A DNA stretch of 62,307 nucleotides, filler included, from Choristocarpus tenellus KU-1152 (Eukaryota > Protista > Phaeophyceae), in assembly GCA_964200185.2 (NCBI GenBank). It is 13 parts of 13 records of this genome, joined end to end, with 100 filler letters (N's around TTAATTAATTAA, not from the genome) between each part and the next. Parts side by side here need not be neighbours in the genome. Positions count along the whole stretch, not along the records: positions 9,317 to 13,524 come from CAXNAD020015692.1; positions 13,625 to 17,531 come from CAXNAD020017214.1; positions 17,632 to 32,762 come from CAXNAD020001051.1; 10 more parts are not named here. One strand, 5' to 3'. Both the position numbers and the translations under genes were made by a program. This document shows, piece after piece, positions 12,372-24,702 of the stretch (positions are counted from its first letter, which is position 1; each line of letters starts with the position of its first letter). The notes beneath the pieces are model-generated. The model was not told the DNA's origin, made no database searches, and saw only the letters and a list, made by a program, of their open reading frames with translations.

Positions 12372-13446
12372 ATGTCTACATCCCCAGAGAGGATGGGTGG
12401 TAATCCGAGGCGTGTACTTTTCGGAGGAGGAATGGAGGGACTACAACCTGTTAATACGATCAGCTCCGTGCCTTCGGCTCCTTCTCCTCCAATCACACCA
12501 AAGAATGGAGGTGAGTGAAGGCGACGAATTTGGTTGGGTTAACAAATCGAACAGGTCGGCGTAGGCATTGGTGAATATATTTTTTCTTGGGAAGGTGGTC
12601 AGCAATTCCGGATGAAATGATCTTTTCTGCTGGTGTTGCATCCTGTTCGAGGAGGAGGGCAATACCTCCCACCAGTCTTAAGTTTGAGGTACCAGGTGCC
12701 AGAAATCTAGACTACCACTCTGAACACTTTTACCTCTAAGACCCAGTGTAACACTTCAATGCCCATCCCCGAAAATGAATTAGAGCCTCTAGAGTGCCCC
12801 CCTTTCTCCGATAGATTATAAAACTGTTCTTCTTTCTGTATGAGACAGCGTGCGTTGGAGCTGTTGTTCTTCCCAAGGCTAAATTTCGTTGATGAATGAT
12901 TTCTATAGCTCCCTCCTTGTTCTACTTCTCTAAGTGGCAGTTATCATGGCACGTTCGCTCTCCAAACAAGAAAACACCAAGTTTAAATCCTCCAATGAAT
13001 CCCCTTTCAAATGTCAACTATGTGAGGTGTAACATCTGTAATGGTTGTCACTCTGTCTATTCCCTCCTTACAATTGCATCATACCTCCTGAATTGTATTT
13101 GCTTTCTTCCCTTGATCATTACTGATCGATTGATAAACACCTGTATTTGCGATGTTCTCGAATCCGTGTTCAGAATGTCGCAAGAAAGGTGGAGAATTAA
13201 AAAAAAAAACTGTTTGCTCGAAATGCAATGCTGACAGGCGCAGGAACGCCAGGGAGTGTTGCCGGTGGGGGGGGGAAGGACAGTGCGACCGTTTCAGTGT
13301 TTCTCAGGGTCAGGCCCCCGGGAAAGGAGGGTGCTGATGAAGATGAGGTCACGGGTCAGAGGACGTATGAGGTGCTTGGAAGTGACACAACACTACGGAC
13401 GCATCCACCCTCGTCGTCGTCGCACAGTCGCACCATCAACCGTCAG
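12372..13446 (+). CDS. Kinesin motor protein, 5' partial gene (first two exons; possibly kinesin-6-like)
   Basis: Exon 1 12372-12510 (ATG...GGAG|GTGAGT, phase 1) joins in frame to exon 2 13238-13446 (CAG|...CAG|GT), giving ...SATVSVFLRVRPP...TLRTHPP, the V.V.LRVRP start of a kinesin motor domain. The contig ends in the next intron. Confidence 0.75.
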
Positions 13447-13843
13447 GTGGGGGTTGGGGGGTGGGGGGTGGGGGGGAAGGGGAGAAGTGGATATCACATT
13501 CTTTTGGGCAGGGTATGGTGCAGGNNNNNNNNNNNNNNNNNNNNNNNNNNNNNNNNNNNNNNNNNNNNTTAATTAATTAANNNNNNNNNNNNNNNNNNNN
13601 NNNNNNNNNNNNNNNNNNNNNNNNGTGTTGGAGGGGTGGGGGGGGGGGGGGTACAAGATTCACGCTTTCTATTTCCAATCAGTCAGGTGTGTGTTTGCTT
13701 CAAAGGAATTGGGTACTATTATACTGTATTGTAGACCCCTCCCCTTCCCTGCCCCCCCCAAAAAAACAAACAGATGTACGGTTTCATTTTCTGGTTTACC
13801 CCACATTTGCCCCAACATAGATGAGACTGTATTGTGCGAAAAA

Positions 13844-14094
13844 GGTAGGTAGCTAGGTTTGGACCCTTTTGCATTCCTGGGCGTCTTTCTTACCATGTGC
13901 AATACACTCTATTTCATTACTTTGTATGCAGAATAGTGTACGCAAAGTTGATGCTCCGCCTCACCACACACTAAGTAACACCACAATTTGGTAAGGGCTC
14001 TTTCTGCTACTTTACAAATTGGTGTCGCCATATTCTTGCCCTTTCTCATTATCCTTATGGCCCAACCTCGCCTACATCTCATTTGCTTTGGCTA
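13844..14094 (+). mobile_element. MITE family D copy (degenerate)
   Basis: ggtaggtag..ggtttggacccttttgcattc...caatacactctattt...tctcatttgctttggct. Confidence 0.65.
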
Positions 14095-15768
14095 TGTGTT
14101 AATTGAGTGCTTTTTTGTCCCACCAGGCACCTTCTCTTCACCCCTGCTTGTATTTATCCCCTAACTTACCTCAGTATTGTTAGTGTAGTACTGTATTGAT
14201 TGGGAGTGATCAATTTCACCTTTGCCAGGTGTAGTAGTTACCCCAGAGCCAATAGCTAAGTTTGAATCAGGGTTAGGGTTTGTTGGTGGTATACGATTTG
14301 ACCAACCAGTCTTTTTTCTTAATTGTTTTTGTTGGTTATGACTCTCACAACATGACATCAACAAATGGTACTGTTGCTGTCAACACCCTCAGGTTTCTTC
14401 AGTGACAGAGGTTGGGAATTTTACAGCTTAGATTGGGACCCGCTCTAATAGAAAGGTTCTATTTTTGTTGTGCAGTAGTGAGGAGCTTTAAAAGGAAAAG
14501 TGACCATGAATCGGATTGGTTTGTTTGTTGGCAATAGGGTGTGAGTTTAAAGTATAATGTTTGCATTGCTGTGTTTGGAAGGAGGTGATAGGTTGGGGTT
14601 TGATTGTAGTCAGTATGGTGAGCTTATCCTTATCAGTGTGTTTTTTCAGACTCTCCCGCTCTGTTGTGTGTGGTCGCAGTGTTGGTTTAGGGGTGCCACA
14701 GAGCTGTTGTACGGTGGGTTAGGGATCTCGGTCACGGCTCTGGAGGTGATGCCCTTCTTCATATTGTTGGCACATACATGTGGGTGTGTCCTCCTTCCCC
14801 CCATGCACGTTAAGTCCTCTCCTTTTGGTGGATTGTGCCTCTGCAATGATGTAAGGAACAAGTTCATGTACACCTATTCTCTTGATGATATCCTGCATCT
14901 AGGCTTGTCCTGAGGGGGCTGGTTTCAAGGGACGCGCTGTGCGCCATGGGTGTAGCAAGCTGCTACGAGAGCTGTGGAGGGCAACAAAACAACAGGTTTG
15001 AATCTTTTTTTGTTTGTTTGTGGTTTTTGAATTATTCTTGAAGTAGAGGGGTTGGTGAGTGGGAAGGTTTTGGTTGCGGGGCAAAGGCGAAGGTATTGTG
15101 CCTTCGCTTAATCTGAGATTCAGGCTACTCTTTCTTTTTTCTATGTAGTGTGCTAGAATTATGTGTTTTTTTTCTAAACATATCCCTTGCCTCCTCGGTC
15201 TTTGTTGTGATGAGATTTTTTTTGTTGCTGATACTAATGTCATGGCATTAATTCAAATTCGATTTTTTGTTGTTGTGATGAGATAGTTGTGTGCACAAAT
15301 GGTCACACAACAATAGCAGGGGTTTCCAATATCTTGGATAGGCATTGCCTCTGTATACATCAGATGATCCCTCCATTTTACGTAGGAAGGTGGTAATCTC
15401 TGGTGTTTACAGGTATCGATGGTTATATCGTCTTCTTAGTGATACCTCTCTGGATAGGGTTAGCGTTTGCACAGATCATGATCAAGTTATGGAAGTATGG
15501 TCAGCACTGGAATCTGTCCTATTCTGGAACACTTTGGTCAATCTAACCCTAACCCTCACATAATTCAGCTTTTTGTATGAAGTTTGTATTCATTGTTTTC
15601 AATGTATGTATATGTGTCTATGAATGTGCTTGCTCTAGCATTATTTTTATTTATTGCTTTGTGGTATGTGTGAGAAGGAATAATCTGTGTGTGAATATAT
15701 TTATGTATGATGTGATACCACATTACAACCTGGTTCCGGCATTATTGCCTGATCTATCCTTATGTCAG

Positions 15769-15941
15769 GTTCCAGCAAACCATGCAGACCTCCAGCAGGT
15801 CATGTTCAAGAAGGGCTTGACCAGCAAGGATGGGGGAGGTGCCACTTTCCTCAGGCGCCCAAGGAGGAAACCCCTAGATGGGAGTGCCAAGAGAGAACAG
15901 AGACGACAACTTAGGAAACTGAAGCGACAACATAAGAGTAG
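15769..15941 (+). CDS. Isolated exon of an unknown basic protein
   Basis: TGTCAG| acceptor, open frame VPANHADLQQVMFKKGL...RRPRRKP...RRQLRKLKRQHKS, then |GTGAGG donor or in-frame TGA. GC-richer than its flanks. Confidence 0.45.
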
Positions 15942-17739
15942 GTGAGGAGGGGAGTGGGAATGAAGGTCAATTGTGTGTGTTACTGACATAGCTAAGGGAA
16001 CCAAGCACATGTGAATTCCTTTTTTCTTTTAATGGTTTTGTTTAGCCCTAGCCCTAAAACAATAATAGTACTACCTTCAACCCACAAAGCTCCGATTGAG
16101 TTTGAGGAAGTACATTGCTAGTACCTTTGTGTACTTGGTACTCATTAGTCTTCAAAACATTGGAAGGTCTTTGAGTCTACAAGCCCTCGGTTTCCCAACA
16201 TGTTGCTGACCTTAGCCTTTCTCGTTTGCCCTCATCAGTAAGGAACGCCTTAAGACAGGCTGAGAACGAAGTATGTCCGATTTTCTTAATGGTACCATTT
16301 AGTGTTCACTGGGGAATACCCATAAATAGTTGCAATGCTGAGGTGTGCTGGCTTGTGTGTTTCTTGTTGGGATCAGTTTGCAGCCCTCTCATACCTCATC
16401 AATGTTGATGCCCTTTGTGACTCAAAACGCCCCTACACTGAGGCCCTATGTCAGGGATTCACAGCACCAGGATCCTTTTGATCCTTGTAGGGTTTCCTAT
16501 CCTTACCACTGGCTTCCTATCGATGTGTTGGTTTTATGAGACTTGTTTGATCACCGTGTATCAAGCACCTGTCTTTGCTGATTTGAAGGACCTCTGCGAT
16601 AGCTGCCTCCCTTTCAGCTACATCAGGACCTTAGTCTTAATATTGTTTAGTCATCTTCTCACCAATGAGAAAGACAAGTGACTGGGTGGAAGGACTCTTG
16701 GCCGGGAATTTCAAGATTCAATGTTGTTTTGATCTTCCTTTGTAGTCTCCTCTGCTATAACCAAACCTCACGAAATAATTGGCTGTGATATTTGGACTGA
16801 CCAATGAAAATGCACTCTTCATGATATGGTGAAATCATTTTTGATTGCATCTGTCGTCAGGAAACAAAAGCTTTTATTAATTATCCAAAATGTACAGAGT
16901 TGGGGGTGGTGGAGATGGATGGGTGAGGGGTATAGCACGAAGTGGGTATCCAAGTGGGCATCCTTGTGGAGGCTGGTGAGGGATGGGTGCCTTGTAGGTC
17001 GGTAGATGGCGCTTGCACCACACTTTGTTGGGGTGAGGTGTTCAAGCATGACAAGATGTGGAAATACAGCGATTATTTATAGTAAATGTGATAAATGTAT
17101 ATTTATTTAACGTTTACATGTGTTTTTTGCCCTGTTCTTGTTCTTTAGATGTACATTTTTTTGTGTTTTTGCCTGGGTTGGCTATGTGATTTCTTGGGGA
17201 TTGATCGACTGGGAGGTATGATGAGTGTCACAAAAGTGCATGCAAGATGGACAATCTATGTTGGATGCCTAATCCATTCGAAAGTGCAATCAGGCATTCT
17301 TTCAGGATAGACACTACTTCTCATCAATTTTTTCACTCTTCCAGTATCATACATCACTCCAAAATGTTTCAATCAACTCAAACACTATAATAATTATAAT
17401 GATGGTGATAACCGCACACCTTTACACTCATGCGGCTAACCAGGTCATTCAAGACAGTGACTAACACTCACCTGGAGGGGACAGCACTTGGTCGACTCCT
17501 GGCAGAGAATGGAAATGGTGCTGGGGGGGGGNNNNNNNNNNNNNNNNNNNNNNNNNNNNNNNNNNNNNNNNNNNNTTAATTAATTAANNNNNNNNNNNNN
17601 NNNNNNNNNNNNNNNNNNNNNNNNNNNNNNNCACTTGAGAACCCACTTCAGGTCGCTTAACCTAACCGCCCCGGGTCCCAGAGCCTACTCCTACCTCGAA
17701 CCATCTCAAACAAAGGTGCCACGAGTCCGGCCCTAGGCG

Positions 17740-18215
17740 TCACCATAGGATGGCCTTGAGGAGCCAAACAGCACCAATGGCGATTGCAATAAAGGAGGAT
17801 ACGACAGAGAGCTTGCGGGGGATGTCTGGCTGGTCCAACGCCTGTCCTACTCGCACACTGCCTTCCCCGATAACAGTCGTCGTGGCAGACATGGCCAACT
17901 TGGGTCACGGGGGCGAAGGGAAGTAGGGGGTGGGGTGGGTAGCAGGGGGTTGTACGAATCGAGTGAGAATGGTGTGAAGAAACACACGGAGGACAGAAGT
18001 AAGCGCAAGGTGGAGGAGAAACTGAGGCAAACAGCCTAGTACAAACTGTGACCACAGGCAATGTTGCTTTGTAGAGAGATAGAGAAATCCACAAAACATT
18101 CACAATCCAAATTATTGTCAAGAATAAGAAGAATAAGAATAAGAAGCATGTGCTGTAAAAAAATAAGAGGTCTATGTCGTCCAACATCGAGCAGATATGA
18201 CGCTCTCGCCCTCTC

Positions 18216-18259
<44 letters not shown>

Positions 18260-18303
18260 ACACCACCCCCCCGCGCCCGCCCGCGGCCGAGAANNNNNNN
18301 NNN

Positions 18304-18334
<31 letters not shown>

Positions 18335-18378
18335 AAAAAAAAAAAAAAAATTCTTTTTCCCCCACCCCCACCACGAAA

Positions 18379-18421
<43 letters not shown>

Positions 18422-19892
18422 CTTCCAATCCGAAGACCCACCATACCTCCATTGCACCCCTCGCTTTTAAAAATGCTACCCCACCCCTCATCAATCCCAT
18501 CTTTCTCTGCAACATCTCACCATGGTCCCTGCGCAGTAGGCCACAAGGAACCACAGCACACTTCTCCAGGTAGTCAAAGCCAGAGCAGGAGCCAAGCTGG
18601 GGGCACCATCCCAGGAGAATCCATGCAAAACCCCATTCAAAAATATTGCCCTTTGTCCACCTCTCTTCCCAATGACCTCGACTGTAGTCAATGTACGATC
18701 CTCCTCAGCGCTCCCCTCTGTGGCAGTCATGCTGACACCCCTTTCCTCATGCATTGTAGCATGCTCACCCCCCTCATAGTCTAGCAGAGACTCCTTTAAT
18801 CCCAAGAGACCAATCGCAATCAAGGAGACACCCACCAAGCCTTCTGTCCAGGTGCCCATCCTTGCCACAACGGCGGGGTTTGATCCTAACCCCAGGCGAT
18901 CTTTGAAGAGAAACGCCTGCCCAAGCGTAAGGTGTCAAAACCCAGATAAAGTTCACCGCGGGAGGTGTAGGTTTGGGCTGTCAAGAGGCTCAAGAAAGAG
19001 AGGTTACTAATGGTTAGAATGAAAAACATTTTGTGCACTGACCACCGACGCTCCACCACTGCAGTATGACACCAAAGGCATACAACGTAAGAGCTGCCTT
19101 GATTAAATGGAGCAGGGGGAACGTAATTTTTCATGGCATTATAAGGTTATCAGGGTTGTAAAGAGCGAATCTAGCAAAGTCAAATTGTCGTTGGAATTGA
19201 ACACATAGCATAGCATAGATCTCGCTCTACCATTTCAGGATAGAACTGCTGTCCCATGCTACCACCGGCTTGTATCATCTGCGACACGTAGATTCCTAAC
19301 TGAAGTAGCCACTAGGGTATACGGGAAGAAATGATACCAGCATGATTGACCTGGTGTGGTAGTGCTTCAATACCAGTAGCGTGGACAAGAAATCTTCGAA
19401 TGAACCCACCGCAAGTCCAATCGCCATGGCACTAAACCCATGTCCCAAACCCCAGACGGCCCCGATTCGCATCGAACGGTGCCAATGTTGTCCCATTATA
19501 CGAGGAAGCAGTGCTGCCAGATGATCAGGTCCAGAAACTGCATGAAGCCCTCCTGCCAAAACCCCCCCTCCCACAGCTGCGACCTTGGCTGCGCTAATGA
19601 AAGTCGTGGCCAATATAGCCGGTGGGCATCCAGGACCTAATCCCATCGAAGTGCAGCATCGAGCACTAGGAATCCCAAACCTTCCTTGAGAGGCAACCAC
19701 TATACCCAAGCTCGGAAGCCGCCCTGATACTTCGCCACCCAATGGGGACAGGGCTGGTCTCGAGGAGCCAGATATGTGCAGGCCTGAAGGTGACGATCCG
19801 AGGAACGTCAGAGATTGGGTGACCACAAAGCCTTGAGCACCTGTCAGCATAGCCGCGCTCACCACTGCCAGAAACGCGGACTTGACACGCAT
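17740..19892 (-). CDS. Plastid-targeted nickel/cobalt-transporter-like membrane protein (NiCoT/HupE-UreJ superfamily), 345 aa, 3 coding exons
   Basis: Exons 19892-19410, 18916-18521 and 17898-17740, all phase 0 with GT-AG. Motifs GGLHAVSGPDHLAALLP (HX4DH), GAVWGLGH and NGVLHGFSWDG; several hydrophobic segments. N-terminal signal peptide MRVKSAFLAVVSAAMLTGAQG|FVV followed by a Ser-rich transit-like region. Confidence 0.88.
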
Positions 19893-20937
19893 GCTCCTGC
19901 GATACACAGAAGGGACATGAATGAGCAAGGCATATTGAAGCACAGCAAAGGGGTCAACAAGGAAAATTGTGATGAGGAGCGAAACTCTCGCTAGAGCATG
20001 CCATTGCCCGTTGAAAACATTCCAAATTCTCTTTAGTCACGCTGCGTGAAGCACAAGGTATGGCAATGAGGAACACCACTTGCCGTTGTCGTTGGTAACC
20101 ACCGGGTCACCTCAGCATGTGTCACAGGAGTCCCCTTCCCCCCCCTGCACACCCGGCTTCCACGAGCAGCTCCACAGTCTCCCTCCCCTCTCCTCCTTGA
20201 CCGTCTACAGAGTTAGAAAGGAGAAATAGAAGGATGGAGTGATGGAGTCCAAGGTGGTGGTTGCAGCCTCGTCGTAGCCGCTTAGGTGTTGAACACAGAA
20301 TGGTGTATTGTTGTCATGCTCGCGCTCCCTCAGCGCGCGATCTGATATAACCCCATCAATAATGACAAATCAGACAATACTTTTAATTATTACACTACAC
20401 ATTTCAATCGAGTTGTTCTTCATCATGAATGGGATAAAATATATTTAAGAGATGAACAGAAAACAAGAAGTATCGTTACTCTTGAAAACCTAGTCCCTTT
20501 CTCCCAGTCTCAACGCCTAGTCCAGACTACATGGTACAAGTCACCCCACCACGATTGGCAAATAATTCCCACCATGCAGGATCTTGACCGCATTTCTCTG
20601 TGGGCCCTTGATAGGATCAGGTTAGCAGTATACTCAACTGAGCCAACAGATTTCTTAGAGGGTGTGTGTGAAAGGAGATTTCTATGCTTATTAAGTAGGT
20701 CCAAACCCAGATACCAACTACCACAGATAAAGGTTTAGGCCTGTCCTCCATGACCCGAACCGCTAACATGCAGCTCTTGTACGGCCGTTAACCACCGCCG
20801 CCTTCCCTACCTCCCTACCAACACAACAGGCACTGCAGTGGGAGATCAATGCGTATTGGTAAGAGCGCTTGGCATTGTTGTCGTATTGTATGTATGTAGT
20901 AATACTACTAAGTTAGTTCTTAGTATACGTAGTATAC

Positions 20938-20972
<35 letters not shown>
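20938..20972. repeat. (GTA)n microsatellite
   Basis: Perfect gtagtagta run read directly. Confidence 0.9.
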
Positions 20973-21484
20973 CCAGGATTTCTTTTATGAAGTCACCTCC
21001 TCGTCAAAGTGCCAATAATAGGACACGATTGTTTGTTGTGGAAAACTTGCTCGCCACCAAAGCTGAAATGTATCCAGGAATGAGGACTAAGAGGCTCAGC
21101 CTTCAATAAACTTATCGATCGTGCTTTTGACTCCTACGGTTCAATTTTTTCAACACTCTCCTCACCTCATCTAATCCTTAGGGGGTGATCTAGCTCTAAT
21201 TGAAGTGTATTTTTATCGTTGTAAGACAAACGTTTTGGTGTCCATTTCACTGGCACTCTGACCCCAAAGCCATACCTTTACCCCTTCCTAGCCCACACTG
21301 ACCATGTTTCCAACCTCCTGAGTATGTAGTTTTTACTGTATGTATCGTACCAACAAACGATCCCAACCAAAACATATCACTTTGACCCTCCCCATGGTTA
21401 CATATTTTTGGTCACTATCCGAACATACTTTTTGTTGCATGTGACATATTCTCTGTTAAAACATATATAGAGAGAAATACATAT

Positions 21485-21761
21485 GAGCCAAAGTATCTTA
21501 GAGGGTGGGGCCGCGTCCATTTGGGGACTAAAATCTAAAGTTGCGATTTTGATGAAATTTTGACTATTGTGTGTTGTTTGGAAGTGTCAATATCCTTGTT
21601 CCAGAGACACCTTTTCATAACATATACACTTTATCTACACCGAAATATTTTTGAGTAGGAGAATGTCACAAAAAAAACATGNNNNNNNNNAAAAACATGG
21701 GAGGCTAAGCCCCAAATGGACAAACAGGGCAAAACTCGTACCCTCTAAGATACTTCCACTC
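21485..21761 (-). mobile_element. MITE family A copy (reverse) with 4-bp TSD
   Basis: GAGCCAAAGTATCTTAGAGGG ... CCCTCTAAGATACTTCCACTC; flanks ATAT/ATAT; small N gap inside. Confidence 0.9.
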
Positions 21762-21849
21762 ATATACATTTGTGTGCTTCCCGACATCCATAAAGATATG
21801 TTTGGCTGATGTCCGCTTAAACTGCATCTTTCTTCAGCAATGTGGGGAG

Positions 21850-22190
21850 CAAAAAAACTAAACAGTTATTGAGGTGCCACCACCGGATGATTGGGTAGTA
21901 GTCTGCAGCTGGCTGCGCATTTAATTTATGTATGTGTGTCGTTCTCGAGCACCATGTCTTTCGCCTCACATTACTCCAGGATAGCGTGCTTGAGGCTGAG
22001 TGTAATGGGGTTTTTGTCATATGTCAAGCTCTTCAGGCTTTACCCTGTGCACGTGAACCAAAACCGCCTTACTTCTGTAAGAAATACACAGTCAAACATG
22101 TTATGCACCTTTCTGTTTCTTCTTGGTTCCTCCATGACAACACCTACTACCTGCAAAAAAGCAGTAGGCATAATTACAATACACCTCTGA
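21850..22190 (+). mobile_element. Possible piggyBac transposase C-terminal remnant
   Basis: RCHHRM...FN...HHVFRLTLLQ followed by a Cys/His cluster (VIC...YFCKK..V..MHL...F.H) resembling the piggyBac C-terminal cysteine-rich domain; in-frame stops. Confidence 0.4.
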
Positions 22191-22489
22191 TTCAAAATAT
22201 AAGATCGATACGGACATCACACGGCATTGCTTCATTCGTATGACGGTTTTTTAAAGCGGTTTTTTGAATTGAAACCTGTGAGAGTCGATTCATTCGTCGA
22301 CTTACACGCTTAATTTTAATGTGGGTCGGGTATTGGTCCATTCTTGTTAAGGCTTTTTCCACCCTAGGTCATGAATATTGGAGGTGACTCCCACCAGCAG
22401 TATGTGGATGTAAACGTTGTGTCCAGATAAGAAAATTGCCTTATCCAGAACACATGATTGCACAAAGAAGATCAAATTTAGAAGGTAGT

Positions 22490-22770
22490 GCGTGAAAGTA
22501 TCTTAGAGGGTACGGCCGCGTCCATTTGGGGGCCAAAATCCAATGTTGCGATTTTGATGTATTTTTGGCTATCGTGTTTGTGAGGAAGTGTCAATATCCT
22601 TGTTCCAGACACACCTTTTCATAGTTTTATACATGAAACTACTCCGAAAACGTATATATTTTACCAATTCCGAAACATTTAATAAGAAAATGTCTTAAAA
22701 AACTGGTGGGAAGCTAAGCCCCAATCGGACAAAGAGTGAAAAACTCGTACCCTCTAAGATGCTTTTACTC
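22490..22770 (-). mobile_element. MITE family A copy (reverse)
   Basis: gcgtgaaagtatcttagaggg ... ccctctaagatgcttttactc; flanks AGT/AGT. Confidence 0.85.
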
Positions 22771-24066
22771 AGTCACAGAGTCACATTGCGATCAACTGCA
22801 TTCCCCTCTAGGACACTTTGGTTCTTCAAATCTCGGGATTTTAATGGTACTTAGTTCTCTGGGGTGGAACAAATCAGCACATTCTGTGACTGATGGAACT
22901 TATTGCTGGCGAGGAGTCCAGCCAAAGATGTTTCAAGCTGGTATTGCGTTGTGCGTATATAATGCATTTTGAGGACCCTGGATAGAACAATGTGCACGTT
23001 TGCTACCATTAATATTTGCGATTGTGGTGTATTGCCTCCCTCTTGCCACATGTTGTCTGTGTCCCCACCTACTTATAGCAGCATTTGGCAAAGTGATACT
23101 GGAAATGACACCACATCTGGCTTGAAGCATCCTAACAATCGTGGTGAGATAATTTGGAGGTATGCATTATGCCTGCTAAATCTCTTTTACTCCATTCTTT
23201 CCTAATGCGAGTGAATAGCAAAAAGCCGTTCCGTTTGACCTAGAAGCAGTGTACGTTTAAATCTTAGCATTCTACCTGATTCACTGGAGTATGGTTGCAA
23301 CACTTACAACTAATCCTATCATTGATGTCTGATGATCAATGCATTTAACGTACAAATTTAGTATGAAGTTTCAAATTTTATATCCAACTACTACCACTGC
23401 TAATACAAACTGGACAATAATATTCCACATCATAAAACAAAAATAACAACACCAGAACTGGAAATTTTCGCATGATGATGTGATCTGCTGGAAGAAAGAA
23501 GAGTTTGAAAATGGCATCAACTCCTGTTGCTGTGTTGATTCTCCTTGTTGGAGGTTGTTGTGGCCTAGTGGTGCAGTTGATAATATATTATTTTGTGTGT
23601 GTGGTAACAAATGACAGGTGGTATATCTAGCATCATCACCAAACGTGATGGTTGCTGTATGGAGTGTATGTTGTAAGTAGGGGTATGCGTGTGTATCACA
23701 CACACAAAAGCTACAAAATAAATGACATGATTCAAATAATGATAGCAATAACAGTAACGAATGGAACAAGTGTATATGTATACAGTAGCAAAGGCTATAC
23801 ATATAAGCAACGTGTGAACCATGCAGGGCTACAGGAGCATGCCATAAGGGCAAAGTATGGACGGCGTGGTGGAGGGGTGTGTGTGCCACTTCTGCTGTAT
23901 TGGGTTTAGTGGACTGTGCACTGTGAGATCCGCAGTCGCTACCTGAATACCACTTGGTGGTTTTATGGTCAAGCTGCTGCTTAGAAGTATTCTCAGCCCT
24001 CGGCAGGCACACGGACATGTTTTGATGCCGTTCATCTGAAACCTTACTGTGGACGGGGGGGTCAAC

Positions 24067-24702
24067 CAGGGCCTTTGACCAGACCAGGTAAACTTAATAG
24101 AATGAGGTCAGGGTCCAGTTTGGGAGAAATATTACCTAACGAGACCAGTCCAGGGCTAACAGAGAGAATAACGCAACCAGTCTCCGGACTGGCCATGGTT
24201 AAACATGTGTTAATAAGGTCGAACCAGAGACAGAACCATAAAAATTGTATATCGAACCAGGCCGCAGGTTGGCCCAGGTGGAATACCTTTCGAAAGTGTC
24301 GGACAGGGGTGACTGAGTTGTATGCGGACCGAGCCGCAGCCATTAATCACTCATCAATATCCACCAGAAAAAGTGCCGCTTTATTGCTTAGATCATACTT
24401 CAACTAGATAGTACGTTCTACTGTTTGTGGTTGGACTTTTCAATTCAATTTTCAATTTTCACCGTGCTTGTAGGGACACAATTAAAGAAAATACTCAAGA
24501 GCATAAGCAACAATTTGCAGGGCTGGTCCAGGGCCGTCAGAGAGTATAAATGGACTGGGCCCGGGGCCAGCCTGCATGAAATGTTTCTTAACAAGGCTAG
24601 ACTGGGCCCATCGAGATTTCAATAGAATCTGGCTGCAGGCCAGCCTGTGGCCCCAGTCTGGCCAGTCGGTCCGGTCAACTGCCAGTCCGGTGTAAGGCCC
24701 TG
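24067..24702. mobile_element. Non-autonomous hAT-type element (636 bp)
   Basis: TIRs CAGGGCCTT..ACC.GAC at both ends; many subterminal ccagtc/gactgg/ccagg motifs; 8-bp flanks GGGTCAAC/GGATGAAC (6 of 8 match). Confidence 0.72.

Noticed and set aside
18197-18460. Poly-Pro, poly-Lys and poly-Gly ORFs
   Set aside because: They come from poly-C and poly-A runs around an N gap inside an intron of the permease gene; low-quality or low-complexity sequence.
19965-20000. Minimal hammerhead ribozyme (gtgatgaggagcgaaac)
   Set aside because: The core C of CUGAUGA is G here, stem II is only 1 bp, and the A15.1-U16.1 pair is missing.
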